Part shown: positions 25,924 through 33,958 of the stretch, one piece after another
Layout: each line of letters starts with the position of its first letter
How positions within the stretch are numbered: position 1 is the stretch's first letter
Source: an uncultured Planctomycetales bacterium
GTDB taxonomy: Bacteria; Planctomycetota; MHYJ01; JACPRB01
Direction: 5' to 3'
Assembly: GCA_964604905.1 (NCBI GenBank)
Contig: CAZSCC010000566.1
Location: 682-64,681 of the forward strand
Length of the DNA: 64,000 nt
The notes under the pieces: model-generated
What the model was told of the DNA's origin: nothing
The model's database searches: none
What the model saw: only the letters and a program-made list of their open reading frames with translations
Position numbers and translations under genes: made by a program

Positions 25924-26613
25924 ATGCCCACGCTCCTGGCCATCGGCGCCCACTACGACGACAGTGTCTTCGGGCTCGGCGGGACCCTGCTCCGTGCCGT
26001 CCGGAAGAACTACCGCACCGTGGTCCTCTCGCTCATCGGCGACTACACGAACTGGAAGCCGGTGCGGGGGCGCGAGGCGCAGCTTCTGGCACGGTCGGTC
26101 GAGCTCGCGAAGGCGCGCGGGGTGGAGATGAGGTTCCTCGAGTTCTCCGAGATGAAGTTCGACGTGACGGTCGAGGCCAAGCGCGCGGTCGCGAAGGCCG
26201 TGGCGGAGATCCAGCCCGACGTCGCCCTCATGCTCTGGCCCGACGATCGCCACGCCGACCACGCGGTCGCCTCCGCGCTGTCCAAGGTGGCGCTCCAGCA
26301 CGGCGACCGCCTGCTCGAGCCGGACGCGGGGTACCGTCCCGCGAAGGCGATCTACTGGTACGACAACGGCCCGGGCCACACGATCGGCTATGAGCCCGAC
26401 ACCTACATGGACGTCTCGGACGTGTGGGGCGAGGCGAGCGACTGGCTGGGCGAGCTGATGGCGGCGCTGCGGAACGAGGCGTACGACCGCGCGAAGCCCG
26501 ACGGCGCCCGGTCGGCGAAGGAGGCGCTTTCCCGGTATCGGGGTTCGGCCTGCGGCGTCCGCTACGCCGAGGCGCTGAAGTCCTTCCGTCCGCGCCCGCA
26601 GGACATCCTGTAG
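25924..26613 (+). CDS. PIG-L/LmbE family deacetylase
   Basis: N-terminal LAIGAHYDDSVFGLGGTLL (AHPDD-type motif), then HADH further on. Confidence 0.85.
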   Translation: MPTLLAIGAHYDDSVFGLGGTLLRAVRKNYRTVVLSLIGDYTNWKPVRGREAQLLARSVELAKARGVEMRFLEFSEMKFDVTVEAKRAVAKAVAEIQPDVALMLWPDDRHADHAVASALSKVALQHGDRLLEPDAGYRPAKAIYWYDNGPGHTIGYEPDTYMDVSDVWGEASDWLGELMAALRNEAYDRAKPDGARSAKEALSRYRGSACGVRYAEALKSFRPRPQDIL

Positions 26614-26632
26614 GGCGGCGGGATCCGCTGGC

Positions 26633-28051
26633 CTACGTTCCCCACTCCGTGTGGAACGGCCCCTGCCCGGGTTTGTCCACGCGCTCGTAGGTGTGCGCGC
26701 CGAAGTAGTCGCGCTGCGCCTGCGTGAGGTTGAGCGGCAGCCTCTCGGCCCGCACGCTGTCGTAGTAGGCGAGGCTGGCCGACATCGCGAGCACCGGGAT
26801 CCCCATCGACTGGGCCGTCTGCACCACGTGGCGCCAGCGCGGCTGCGCCTCCGTCACCCACGCCTTGAAGTGGTCGTCGAGCAGCAGGTTCGGCAGGCCC
26901 GGGTTCTTCCGGAACGCGGTCTTGATGAGGTCCAGGAACTGCGCGCGGATGATGCAGCCGCCCTTCCAGATGCGGGCGATCTCGCCGAGCTCGAGCCCCC
27001 ATTTGTACTCGTCGCTCGCAACCTTCATCATCAGCAGCCCCTGCGCGTAGGAGCAGATCTTGGAGGCGTAGAGCGCGTCCTGGACCGCGTCGATCAGCGA
27101 CTGGGGATCTCCCGCGTACTTCGTCGGCTTCGGGCCCGAGAGGACCTTGCTCGCCGCCACGCGCTCGGTCTTGTAGGCCGAGAGGATGCGCCCCTCGACC
27201 GCGGCGTTCACGGTCGGGATCGCGACGCCCAGGTCGAGCGCGATCTGGCTCATCCACTTGCCGGTCCCCTTCTGTCCGGCCTTGTCGAGGACCAGGTCGA
27301 CCAGCCACTTCCCGGTCTCGGCGTCCTTCTTCCGGAGCACCTTGCCGGTGATCTCGATCAGGAAGCTGGAGAGGAGGCCCTTGTTCCACTCCTCGAAGAT
27401 CTCGGCCAGCCTCGGGGCGTCCAGCCCCAGCGCCTGCCGGAGCACGTCGTAGCTCTCGGCGATCAGCTGCATGTCGCCGTACTCGATCCCGTTGTGGATC
27501 ATCTTGACGAAGTGCCCGGCGCCGTCGGGGCCGATGTAGGTGACGCACGGGCCGTCGTCGACCTTGGCGGCGATCTTCTCCCAGACGGGGCGGATCTTCT
27601 CGTACGCCTCCTTCGGGCCACCGGGCATGAGCGACGGGCCCCAGAGCGCGCCCTCCTCGCCGCCCGAGACACCCGAGCCGACGAAGTGGAGCCCCTTCGC
27701 CCGGATCGCCGCGTCGCGGCGGCGGGTGTCGGCGAAGTGGGAGTTGCCGCCGTCGATCAGGATGTCGCCGGGCTCGAGGAGCGGGGCGAGCTGGGCGATC
27801 ATGTCGTCGACCGGCGCGCCGGCCTTGACCATGAGAATGATGCGGCGCGGCCGCTCGAGGGAGGCGACCAGTTCCTGGACGGTCTTCGCCCCGGTGAAGC
27901 GGAGCCCCTTGGCCCGGCCGGCCAGGAGCGCCTCGGTGCGCTCACCGGTCCGGTTGTAGACCGTGATGGGGAAGCCGTTGCGCTCGATGTTGAGCGCCAG
28001 GTTCTCGCCCATGACGGCGAGGCCGACGAGCCCGATCTGCGATTTCGTCAT
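26633..28051 (-). CDS. gnd: 6-phosphogluconate dehydrogenase, decarboxylating
   Basis: GLVGLAVMGENLALNIERNGF NAD(P)-binding start, GGNSHF, IHNGIEYGDMQLI, WKGGCIIRAQFL. 472 aa. Confidence 0.95.
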   Translation of the reverse strand: MTKSQIGLVGLAVMGENLALNIERNGFPITVYNRTGERTEALLAGRAKGLRFTGAKTVQELVASLERPRRIILMVKAGAPVDDMIAQLAPLLEPGDILIDGGNSHFADTRRRDAAIRAKGLHFVGSGVSGGEEGALWGPSLMPGGPKEAYEKIRPVWEKIAAKVDDGPCVTYIGPDGAGHFVKMIHNGIEYGDMQLIAESYDVLRQALGLDAPRLAEIFEEWNKGLLSSFLIEITGKVLRKKDAETGKWLVDLVLDKAGQKGTGKWMSQIALDLGVAIPTVNAAVEGRILSAYKTERVAASKVLSGPKPTKYAGDPQSLIDAVQDALYASKICSYAQGLLMMKVASDEYKWGLELGEIARIWKGGCIIRAQFLDLIKTAFRKNPGLPNLLLDDHFKAWVTEAQPRWRHVVQTAQSMGIPVLAMSASLAYYDSVRAERLPLNLTQAQRDYFGAHTYERVDKPGQGPFHTEWGT

Positions 28052-28069
28052 AGAGAGGACCTTAAAGAG

Positions 28070-28127
28070 GCCGCAGAGGCGCAGAGAATTCTCTCGATAG
28101 ATTCAAGCTTCTCTGCGCCTCTGCGGC
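28070..28127 (-). terminator. 19-bp perfect inverted repeat with 20-nt loop between the kdgK-like gene and gnd (terminator/attenuator or REP-like element)
   Basis: gccgcagaggcgcagagaa (28070..28088) pairs with ttctctgcgcctctgcggc (28109..28127). On the minus-strand RNA the hairpin is followed by CUCUUUAAGG. Confidence 0.4.
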
Positions 28128-28133
28128 TGTTTT

Positions 28134-29210
28134 CTACCTCTTGATCCGCGCGCTCCCGCCCTTCCGGACGTGCTCGATCTCGTCCAGCGTCACCATCGAG
28201 GTGTCGCCGCGGGTCGACTGCGCGAGCGCCCCGTGCGCCGCGCCGTATTCCACCGCTTCCTGCGCTCCCTTCCCGGAGAGCAGGCCGTAGATGACGCCGC
28301 CGGCGAAGCCGTCGCCGCCGCCCACCCGGTCCTCGATCTCCAGGTTCTCGTACTTCCGGCTCTCGTAGAACCGGCCTTCGCACCAGAAGATGGCGCTCCA
28401 GTGGTTGACGAGGCCGCTCACCACCTCGCGGAGCGTCGTCCCGACGGCCTGCACCTGCGGATGGGCCTTCACCACCTGCTCGACCATCCGCTTGTAGCCG
28501 TCGACTTCCAGGCCCTTGAAGTCCTCCTTCACGCCCTCGATCTTCATGCCGAGGACCTTGATGAAGTCCTCCTCGTTGCCGATCAGGACCTGGATGTGGG
28601 GGAGGAGCTTCTGCGTCGCCGCGCTGGCCTCCTTCGCGCTCCAGAGCTTGGAGCGGAAGTTGAGGTCGTAGCTCGTGACCACGTCTGCCTCGCGGGCGGC
28701 CTTGAGCGCCTCGAGCGCCACCTCGGCGCACGAAGTCGAGAGAGCCGAGAAGATGCCCCCCGTGTGGAACCAGCGGACCCCCTTCGCGAAGACCTTCTTC
28801 CAGTCGACCTCGCCCGGCTTCAAGTGCGACGCGGCCGAGTGGCCGCGGTCGTACATCGTGACCGAGCCGCGCACGCCGGTCCCGACCTCGGTCCAGTTGA
28901 GGCCCACGCGGTCGGTCCGCCCGACGCCGTCGTAGGGGACCCAGACGACGTCCGAGATGTCGAGGCCGCCGCCCCGCGCGTGGTTGCGGATCATCGAGGC
29001 GACATAGTTGTCGGGGAGGCGCGAGACCCAGCCCGCGCGCAGCCCCATGCGCGCCACCGCGTAGGCGACGTTGTATTCTCCGCCGCCCACCCACGCCTCG
29101 AAGAGCGGGGCGAACTCGATCCGCTGGCGCCCCTCGGGGGAGAGACGGACCATGCATTCGCCGAGCGAAAGCATGTCGAGCGTCGCTTCTTTAGCGTCCT
29201 TGATCTTCAT
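28134..29210 (-). CDS. PfkB-family sugar kinase (2-dehydro-3-deoxygluconokinase-like)
   Basis: LSLGECMVRL ... GGGEYNVAYAVARMG N-terminal pattern and C-terminal DRVGGGDGFAGG (PfkB signature 2). Confidence 0.85.
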   Translation of the reverse strand: MKIKDAKEATLDMLSLGECMVRLSPEGRQRIEFAPLFEAWVGGGEYNVAYAVARMGLRAGWVSRLPDNYVASMIRNHARGGGLDISDVVWVPYDGVGRTDRVGLNWTEVGTGVRGSVTMYDRGHSAASHLKPGEVDWKKVFAKGVRWFHTGGIFSALSTSCAEVALEALKAAREADVVTSYDLNFRSKLWSAKEASAATQKLLPHIQVLIGNEEDFIKVLGMKIEGVKEDFKGLEVDGYKRMVEQVVKAHPQVQAVGTTLREVVSGLVNHWSAIFWCEGRFYESRKYENLEIEDRVGGGDGFAGGVIYGLLSGKGAQEAVEYGAAHGALAQSTRGDTSMVTLDEIEHVRKGGSARIKR

Positions 29211-29255
29211 GGCCTCTCTCTTCGTCTGGCTTCCAGCTTCCAGTTTCCAGCTTCT

Positions 29256-30041
29256 TCATGAAAATTCCATGCAGGAGAACCCGCCGTCCACGGTCAGGTG
29301 GCATCCCGTGACGAAGCTGCCCGCCTTGCGGGCGCAGAGGAAGACGATCGGGCCCATGAGCTCGGAGGCCTCTCCGAACCGGTTCATGGGCGTGTGGGCC
29401 ATGATCTTCGCGACCCGCTCGGGCTGCAGGATCTTGCGGTTCTGCTCGGCAGGGAAGAAACCCGGCGAGAGCGCGTTCACGCGGATCCCCTCCGGCGCCC
29501 ACTCGCGCGCGAGGTTCATCGTGAGGTTGAGCACCGCCGCCTTGGTCGCGCTGTACGTGAAGACGCGCGAGAGCGGCCGGATGGCCGACATCGACGAGAT
29601 GTTGACGATGGTCCCGCCCTGCTTCTGGTCGATCAGGACCTTCCCGAAGACCTGGCAGCCGAAGACGACCGACTTGTAGTTGGTCTCCAGGATCCGCTGC
29701 ATCTCCTCGTCGGAGATCTCGAGGAAGGGGGTGGGGGAGTTGGTCCCCGCGCCGTTCATGGCGATCGTGAGCTTCCCGAACTTCTTGACGGTCTCGGCTG
29801 CGACCCGCTCCAGTTCGGCTTTCTTCGTCACGTCCGCGGCGATGAAGACCGCCTCGCCGCCCGCCCTGCGGATCGCCTCCAGGCGCTTCTCCGCCTTCGC
29901 CGCGTCGCGCCCGACGATCGCCACTTTCGCGCCCGCCTGCGCCATCGCCTGGGCCATCGCACTGCAGAGTTCGCCCGTGCCGCCCGTCACGACGGCCACT
30001 TCGCCCGAGAGCGAGAACTGTTCTTCCAGGAAGGGGTTCAT
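29256..30041 (-). CDS. SDR-family oxidoreductase (sugar-acid/gluconate 5-dehydrogenase-like)
   Basis: VVTGGTGELC cofactor motif, NGAG, and the catalytic YSATKAA (YxxxK). Confidence 0.9.
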   Translation of the reverse strand: MNPFLEEQFSLSGEVAVVTGGTGELCSAMAQAMAQAGAKVAIVGRDAAKAEKRLEAIRRAGGEAVFIAADVTKKAELERVAAETVKKFGKLTIAMNGAGTNSPTPFLEISDEEMQRILETNYKSVVFGCQVFGKVLIDQKQGGTIVNISSMSAIRPLSRVFTYSATKAAVLNLTMNLAREWAPEGIRVNALSPGFFPAEQNRKILQPERVAKIMAHTPMNRFGEASELMGPIVFLCARKAGSFVTGCHLTVDGGFSCMEFS

Positions 30042-30118
30042 GGCCCGGTATTCTAGGAACTGCCGCGCCGCTTGTGTAGAAGTCTCGTGCGCGAATTCGG
30101 CCCCTCCCTGTGTATTCC

Positions 30119-30132
30119 AAGTGTATACACTT
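30119..30132. promoter_or_regulatory. 14-bp perfect palindrome AAGTGTATACACTT; candidate GntR-family operator in a divergent promoter region
   Basis: Self-complementary sequence with a GT-N-AC core, 4 nt upstream of the GntR gene start and 78 nt from the divergent SDR gene start. Confidence 0.45.
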
Positions 30133-30135
30133 TAG

Positions 30136-30819
30136 GTGATGAGCGAGAGCGTTGCGCGCGGAGGACTGGGGGAGCCCCGGACCCTCATGCCCCGGGGGAG
30201 CCGGGAAGGGGAAGTGGACCGGGTGCACCGCCTCGTCAAGGGATGGATCCTCCAGGGGCGCGCCCGCCCGGGCGAGTTCCTGGCGGAAGTGGCCCTGGCC
30301 CGGCTCTGCCGGACGAGCCGCACCCCGGTCCGCGAGGCCTGCAACCGCCTGGCCCAGGAGGGCTGGCTCTCCCACATCCGCCACAAGGGGTACCTCGTCC
30401 CCCCTCTCTCCGTGCGGGAGATCGTCGACGTCTACGAGTACCGGAAGCTCCTCGAGGGCTTCACGGCGGAGAAAGCCGCCCGGACGGCCGGGGCAGAGCA
30501 GATCGAGGTGCTGAAGGCAACCCTCGAGGCCGAGCGGAATCCCCGCTCCACGCAGGGCGAGCTCGTCGCGGCCAACCACCGGTTCCACCTCGGCCTCGCG
30601 GAGATCGCGGGGAACCAGCGGGTCCTGGACCAACTGAAGCATCTCCTTGAGTACGTCGACCGCCTCGACCTCCTGTCGCTGGAGAAGGACCGCGCCGTCG
30701 TCCGCCACGACGAGATCGTCCGGGCGGTCGCGGCGCACAATCCGCGGACGGCGCAGCGGGCCATGCTGGCCCACATTGATTCCGCCCGCGACCGCATGGT
30801 GAAGCTCTTCGGGACATAA
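30136..30819 (+). CDS. GntR-family transcriptional regulator (FadR/FCD type)
   Basis: Winged-HTH segment FLAEVALARLCRTSRTPVREACNRLAQEGWL followed by a helical FCD-like C-terminal domain. GTG at 30136 or ATG at 30139. Confidence 0.9.
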   Translation: MMSESVARGGLGEPRTLMPRGSREGEVDRVHRLVKGWILQGRARPGEFLAEVALARLCRTSRTPVREACNRLAQEGWLSHIRHKGYLVPPLSVREIVDVYEYRKLLEGFTAEKAARTAGAEQIEVLKATLEAERNPRSTQGELVAANHRFHLGLAEIAGNQRVLDQLKHLLEYVDRLDLLSLEKDRAVVRHDEIVRAVAAHNPRTAQRAMLAHIDSARDRMVKLFGT

Positions 30820-30832
30820 TAAGAGAGACCTT

Positions 30833-32215
30833 ATGAAGCGGCGCGAGTTCCTCCGGGCCGGACTCTCCGGGTTCGCGAGCCTCTCGCTCCCGGGGCTCTT
30901 CCGTCTGCGCGCGGCGACGGCCCAGGAGGCGAAGCCCAGGACGGCCGTCATCCTGGTCTGGCTGCGCGGAGGGGCCTCCCACCTCGAGACGTACGACCCC
31001 AAGCCCGAGGCGTCGTCCGAATTCCGCGGCATCTTCGGCCCCCTCTCCACGCGCGTGCCCGGCCTGCGGGTCAGCGAACTGCTCCCGCTCCACGCGAAGA
31101 TCGCCGACAAGTTCACGCTGGTCCGCTCGATGTCCCACACCGGCGGAGGCCATCCGGCCGGCTCGCTCCAGATGCTCGGCGGCGATCCCGACCCGCAGGA
31201 CAAGCAGCGGCCGATCTATCCCGACTGGATGACGGTGGCCAACCTGCTGCGCGCCGACCGCGCCCGTCCGCTGCCGAACTACGTCGGCGTGAACCCGGTC
31301 TCCACCTACGACGGCTTCGTCATCGCGGGCTCCGGCTACGTGAGCCCGGCTTACGGCCCCTTCTCCGTGACGGGCGACCCCAGCGACCCCCGCTTCGAGG
31401 TCCCCAACATCGGCCTCCGGGACCCGGCCCAGGCGGAGCGGCTCGGCGAGCGTGTCCGGCTCAGCCGACGGCTCGACGGCCTCGCGCGGGCCGCGGATCA
31501 CTCGGGGGCGATGAAGACGATCGACGACTTCGAGGGGCAGGCGCTCAAGCTCCTGACCAGCCCCTCGGCCCGGGAGGCCTTCGACCTGACGCGCGAGCCG
31601 GACCGCGTCCGCGACCGCTACGGCCGCCACGCCTGGGGGCAGCAGTGCCTCATGGCCCGCCGGCTCGTCGAAGCCGGCGTGGAGATCGTCACGACGACCT
31701 TCGACGGCCCGCTCTGCGGGCGTGTCGGCAACTGGGACGACCACGCGGTCAACCACCACATCTTCGACGCGATGAAGTTCAGGGCGCCCGTCTTCGACCA
31801 GGCCGTCAGCGCCCTGATCGAGGACGTCACCGCGCGGGGCCTGGACAAGCGGGTGCTCGTGGTCGTCACCGGCGAGTTCGGTCGGACGCCGCGCCTGACC
31901 GAGGTGGCCAGCAGCGGCGGCGGGGTCGCGAGCGGCCCGGTGGGGACGGTCCAGCCCGGCCGCGACCACTGGCCGCGGGCCTTCTCGCAGCTTTGGGCGG
32001 GCGGCGGCATCGAGACGGGCTGCGTGATCGGCGCCACGGACAAGCGGGGCGAGGAGGTGGTCGAGCGGAGGTTCTCGACCGGGGATTTCCTGGCCACGAT
32101 CTACCGCCATCTGGGCATCCCGGCGGAGCAGGTGGCGCTCCCCGATTTCTCCGGGCGGCCCACGCCGATCCTCACCCACGGCGCGCCGATCCCGGAGTTG
32201 AAGGGACGGTCCTGA
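30833..32215 (+). CDS. DUF1501 domain protein (Tat signal)
   Basis: MKRREFLRAGLSGFASL twin-arginine signal, TGEFGRTPR, GRDHW. Confidence 0.9.
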   Translation: MKRREFLRAGLSGFASLSLPGLFRLRAATAQEAKPRTAVILVWLRGGASHLETYDPKPEASSEFRGIFGPLSTRVPGLRVSELLPLHAKIADKFTLVRSMSHTGGGHPAGSLQMLGGDPDPQDKQRPIYPDWMTVANLLRADRARPLPNYVGVNPVSTYDGFVIAGSGYVSPAYGPFSVTGDPSDPRFEVPNIGLRDPAQAERLGERVRLSRRLDGLARAADHSGAMKTIDDFEGQALKLLTSPSAREAFDLTREPDRVRDRYGRHAWGQQCLMARRLVEAGVEIVTTTFDGPLCGRVGNWDDHAVNHHIFDAMKFRAPVFDQAVSALIEDVTARGLDKRVLVVVTGEFGRTPRLTEVASSGGGVASGPVGTVQPGRDHWPRAFSQLWAGGGIETGCVIGATDKRGEEVVERRFSTGDFLATIYRHLGIPAEQVALPDFSGRPTPILTHGAPIPELKGRS

Positions 32216-32234
32216 CGCCCCAGCCCCCGGCGGC

Positions 32235-32912
32235 TCAGAAGCCGGGCTTCTCGGAGCTGAGCGAGACGGAGGGCGCCTGGCCCGGCGAAGGCGACGTGGC
32301 CTGGACCCCCCACTGGAATGGCCCTCGCACGGCGGCATTGCAGGCGGCTTTCGGAAAGTCGGCCTGCAGGAGCTTGATCAGCCGCCCGGCCAGCGCCTTC
32401 TTCCCGTCGTTGCCGTAGTCCCTGAGGCGTTCGGTCTCGACGAAGACCGACGCCTTCTTCGCCGTCGCGGGATCGGGTCCGTCGAGCTCGACGGAGACGC
32501 TCACCTTGCCCGAGAGCCCGGCCTGCTTTTCGAACTCGAGGACCGAAAGCCGGTACGCGCCCGCCTTCGACTCCGCGATCGGATGGGAGCCGCTCGCGAG
32601 GTTCGCGGAGAGCTTCCCGGTCGCCGACTTCGCCTGCTCCTTCACCCGCGACTGCTCGTTGAACCCCGCGGGCCAGAGGAAGGTGGCGATCCCGACGCCG
32701 GCGACCAGGACGCCCCAGGCGGGGAGCTTTCCGTCGCGGACCCGGGGGTCGCGGCGCGCGAGGAGGATCACGGTCACGCCCCAGGCGATGCAGCCCGCGC
32801 CCCCCGCCCGCACATCCTTGAGCCCGAGCATCATCGCGACCCCGCAGGCCACGAGCCCGACGACGGCGCCCACGATCTTGATCAGGCAACCGCCGCCACT
32901 CAGGAGGATCAT
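32235..32912 (-). CDS. hypothetical membrane protein
   Basis: Three N-terminal hydrophobic segments (IVGAVVGLVACGVAMMLGL, CIAWGVTVILLA, WGVLVAGVGIATFLW) and a soluble C-terminus. Starts 9 nt after the HEAT gene. Confidence 0.6.
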   Translation of the reverse strand: MILLSGGGCLIKIVGAVVGLVACGVAMMLGLKDVRAGGAGCIAWGVTVILLARRDPRVRDGKLPAWGVLVAGVGIATFLWPAGFNEQSRVKEQAKSATGKLSANLASGSHPIAESKAGAYRLSVLEFEKQAGLSGKVSVSVELDGPDPATAKKASVFVETERLRDYGNDGKKALAGRLIKLLQADFPKAACNAAVRGPFQWGVQATSPSPGQAPSVSLSSEKPGF

Positions 32913-32921
32913 CGCTCCATT

Positions 32922-33914
32922 CTACCGCATCCGCTCGAGGGCCCGCGCAGCCTTCGAACGGACCGCCTCGCGGGGATCCCCCAGGGCCTTGCGGATCGAA
33001 GCGACGGCCTCTCCCGCTTCGAGCTGAACGAGGGCGTCCAGGGCCGCGAGGCGTTCGTCCTCCCGCTCGGACGACAGCAGGTCGATGAGCGCAGGAACGG
33101 CTTTGCGGACGCCGAGTTCGGCAAGCGATCGGGCCGCGCTTCCTCGAGCGCCGTCCTTGGTTCGAAGCTCCGCCAGGAGAGCTGGAGAGGCCTCGGGAAC
33201 GCGCAACTTTCCCGCCGCGCGGATCGCCGCCGCGCGGAGGCCGCCCGGTTTTGATCCCAGGAACGGCGCGATCTTCTCCCATGACTCGCGGATGCCGAGA
33301 TCGCTCAGGGTGAGGATCGCTTGTTCGGCCACCGATGGATCCCGGTCCTGCAGGGCCGCCACGATCGCGGGAAAGTCCGCCTTCGATCCCAACTCGCCGA
33401 CCGCCCAGACGGCGCTCACGCGGATTTCCCCGGACCGATCACCCAGAAGCTTCCGGGCCTCGGGAAGGATGAGGACGTGCTTCCATGCCACCGCATGTCC
33501 GAGGATGAGGCGCTTCTCGTCCACCGTCGCAGCGCCGCGGTCCGCCGCGCCCGCCAGGAGGGCAAGGTCCTCTCCATCCAGCGGCGGGTCGACGGTCGTC
33601 TGCACGATACGGAGGTACAACTCGGCGAAGCTGCGGTCATCGCGCCGCTCGGCCCGGTCGAAGAGGTCGGGCAGCTCCCGGAGTAGTTTAGGCGTGACCA
33701 TCCGGTCGAGGAGCCCGCGGGAACGGGCGGCCACTTCGCTGTCGGGGTCCCGTGCCCCCCGCCTGAGAACGGGAAGGGCGGCCTCCCCGAGGGACTTGAG
33801 GCCGGCCACGGCGGCGTCCCGCTCGGCGATATCGGCCGAACGGAGCATTTCCAGCAGCCGGCCAGGGTCATCCTGGATCGACGCCAGGACGAAGGCCGCC
33901 AGGACGGGAAACAT
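32922..33914 (-). CDS. HEAT-repeat protein
   Basis: Repeated units such as RDAAVAGLKSLGEAALPVL, RVSAVWAVGELGSKADFPAIVAALQD, RAAAIRAAGKLRVPEASPALL, RGSAARSLAELGVRKAVPALIDLL. ATG at 33914; the track ORF extension overlaps the FHA gene. Confidence 0.75.
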   Translation of the reverse strand: MFPVLAAFVLASIQDDPGRLLEMLRSADIAERDAAVAGLKSLGEAALPVLRRGARDPDSEVAARSRGLLDRMVTPKLLRELPDLFDRAERRDDRSFAELYLRIVQTTVDPPLDGEDLALLAGAADRGAATVDEKRLILGHAVAWKHVLILPEARKLLGDRSGEIRVSAVWAVGELGSKADFPAIVAALQDRDPSVAEQAILTLSDLGIRESWEKIAPFLGSKPGGLRAAAIRAAGKLRVPEASPALLAELRTKDGARGSAARSLAELGVRKAVPALIDLLSSEREDERLAALDALVQLEAGEAVASIRKALGDPREAVRSKAARALERMR

Positions 33915-33958
33915 CCCCTGTTGAACGGAGGAGGCGGGCCTGAGGTTCGGCTTCTCGG

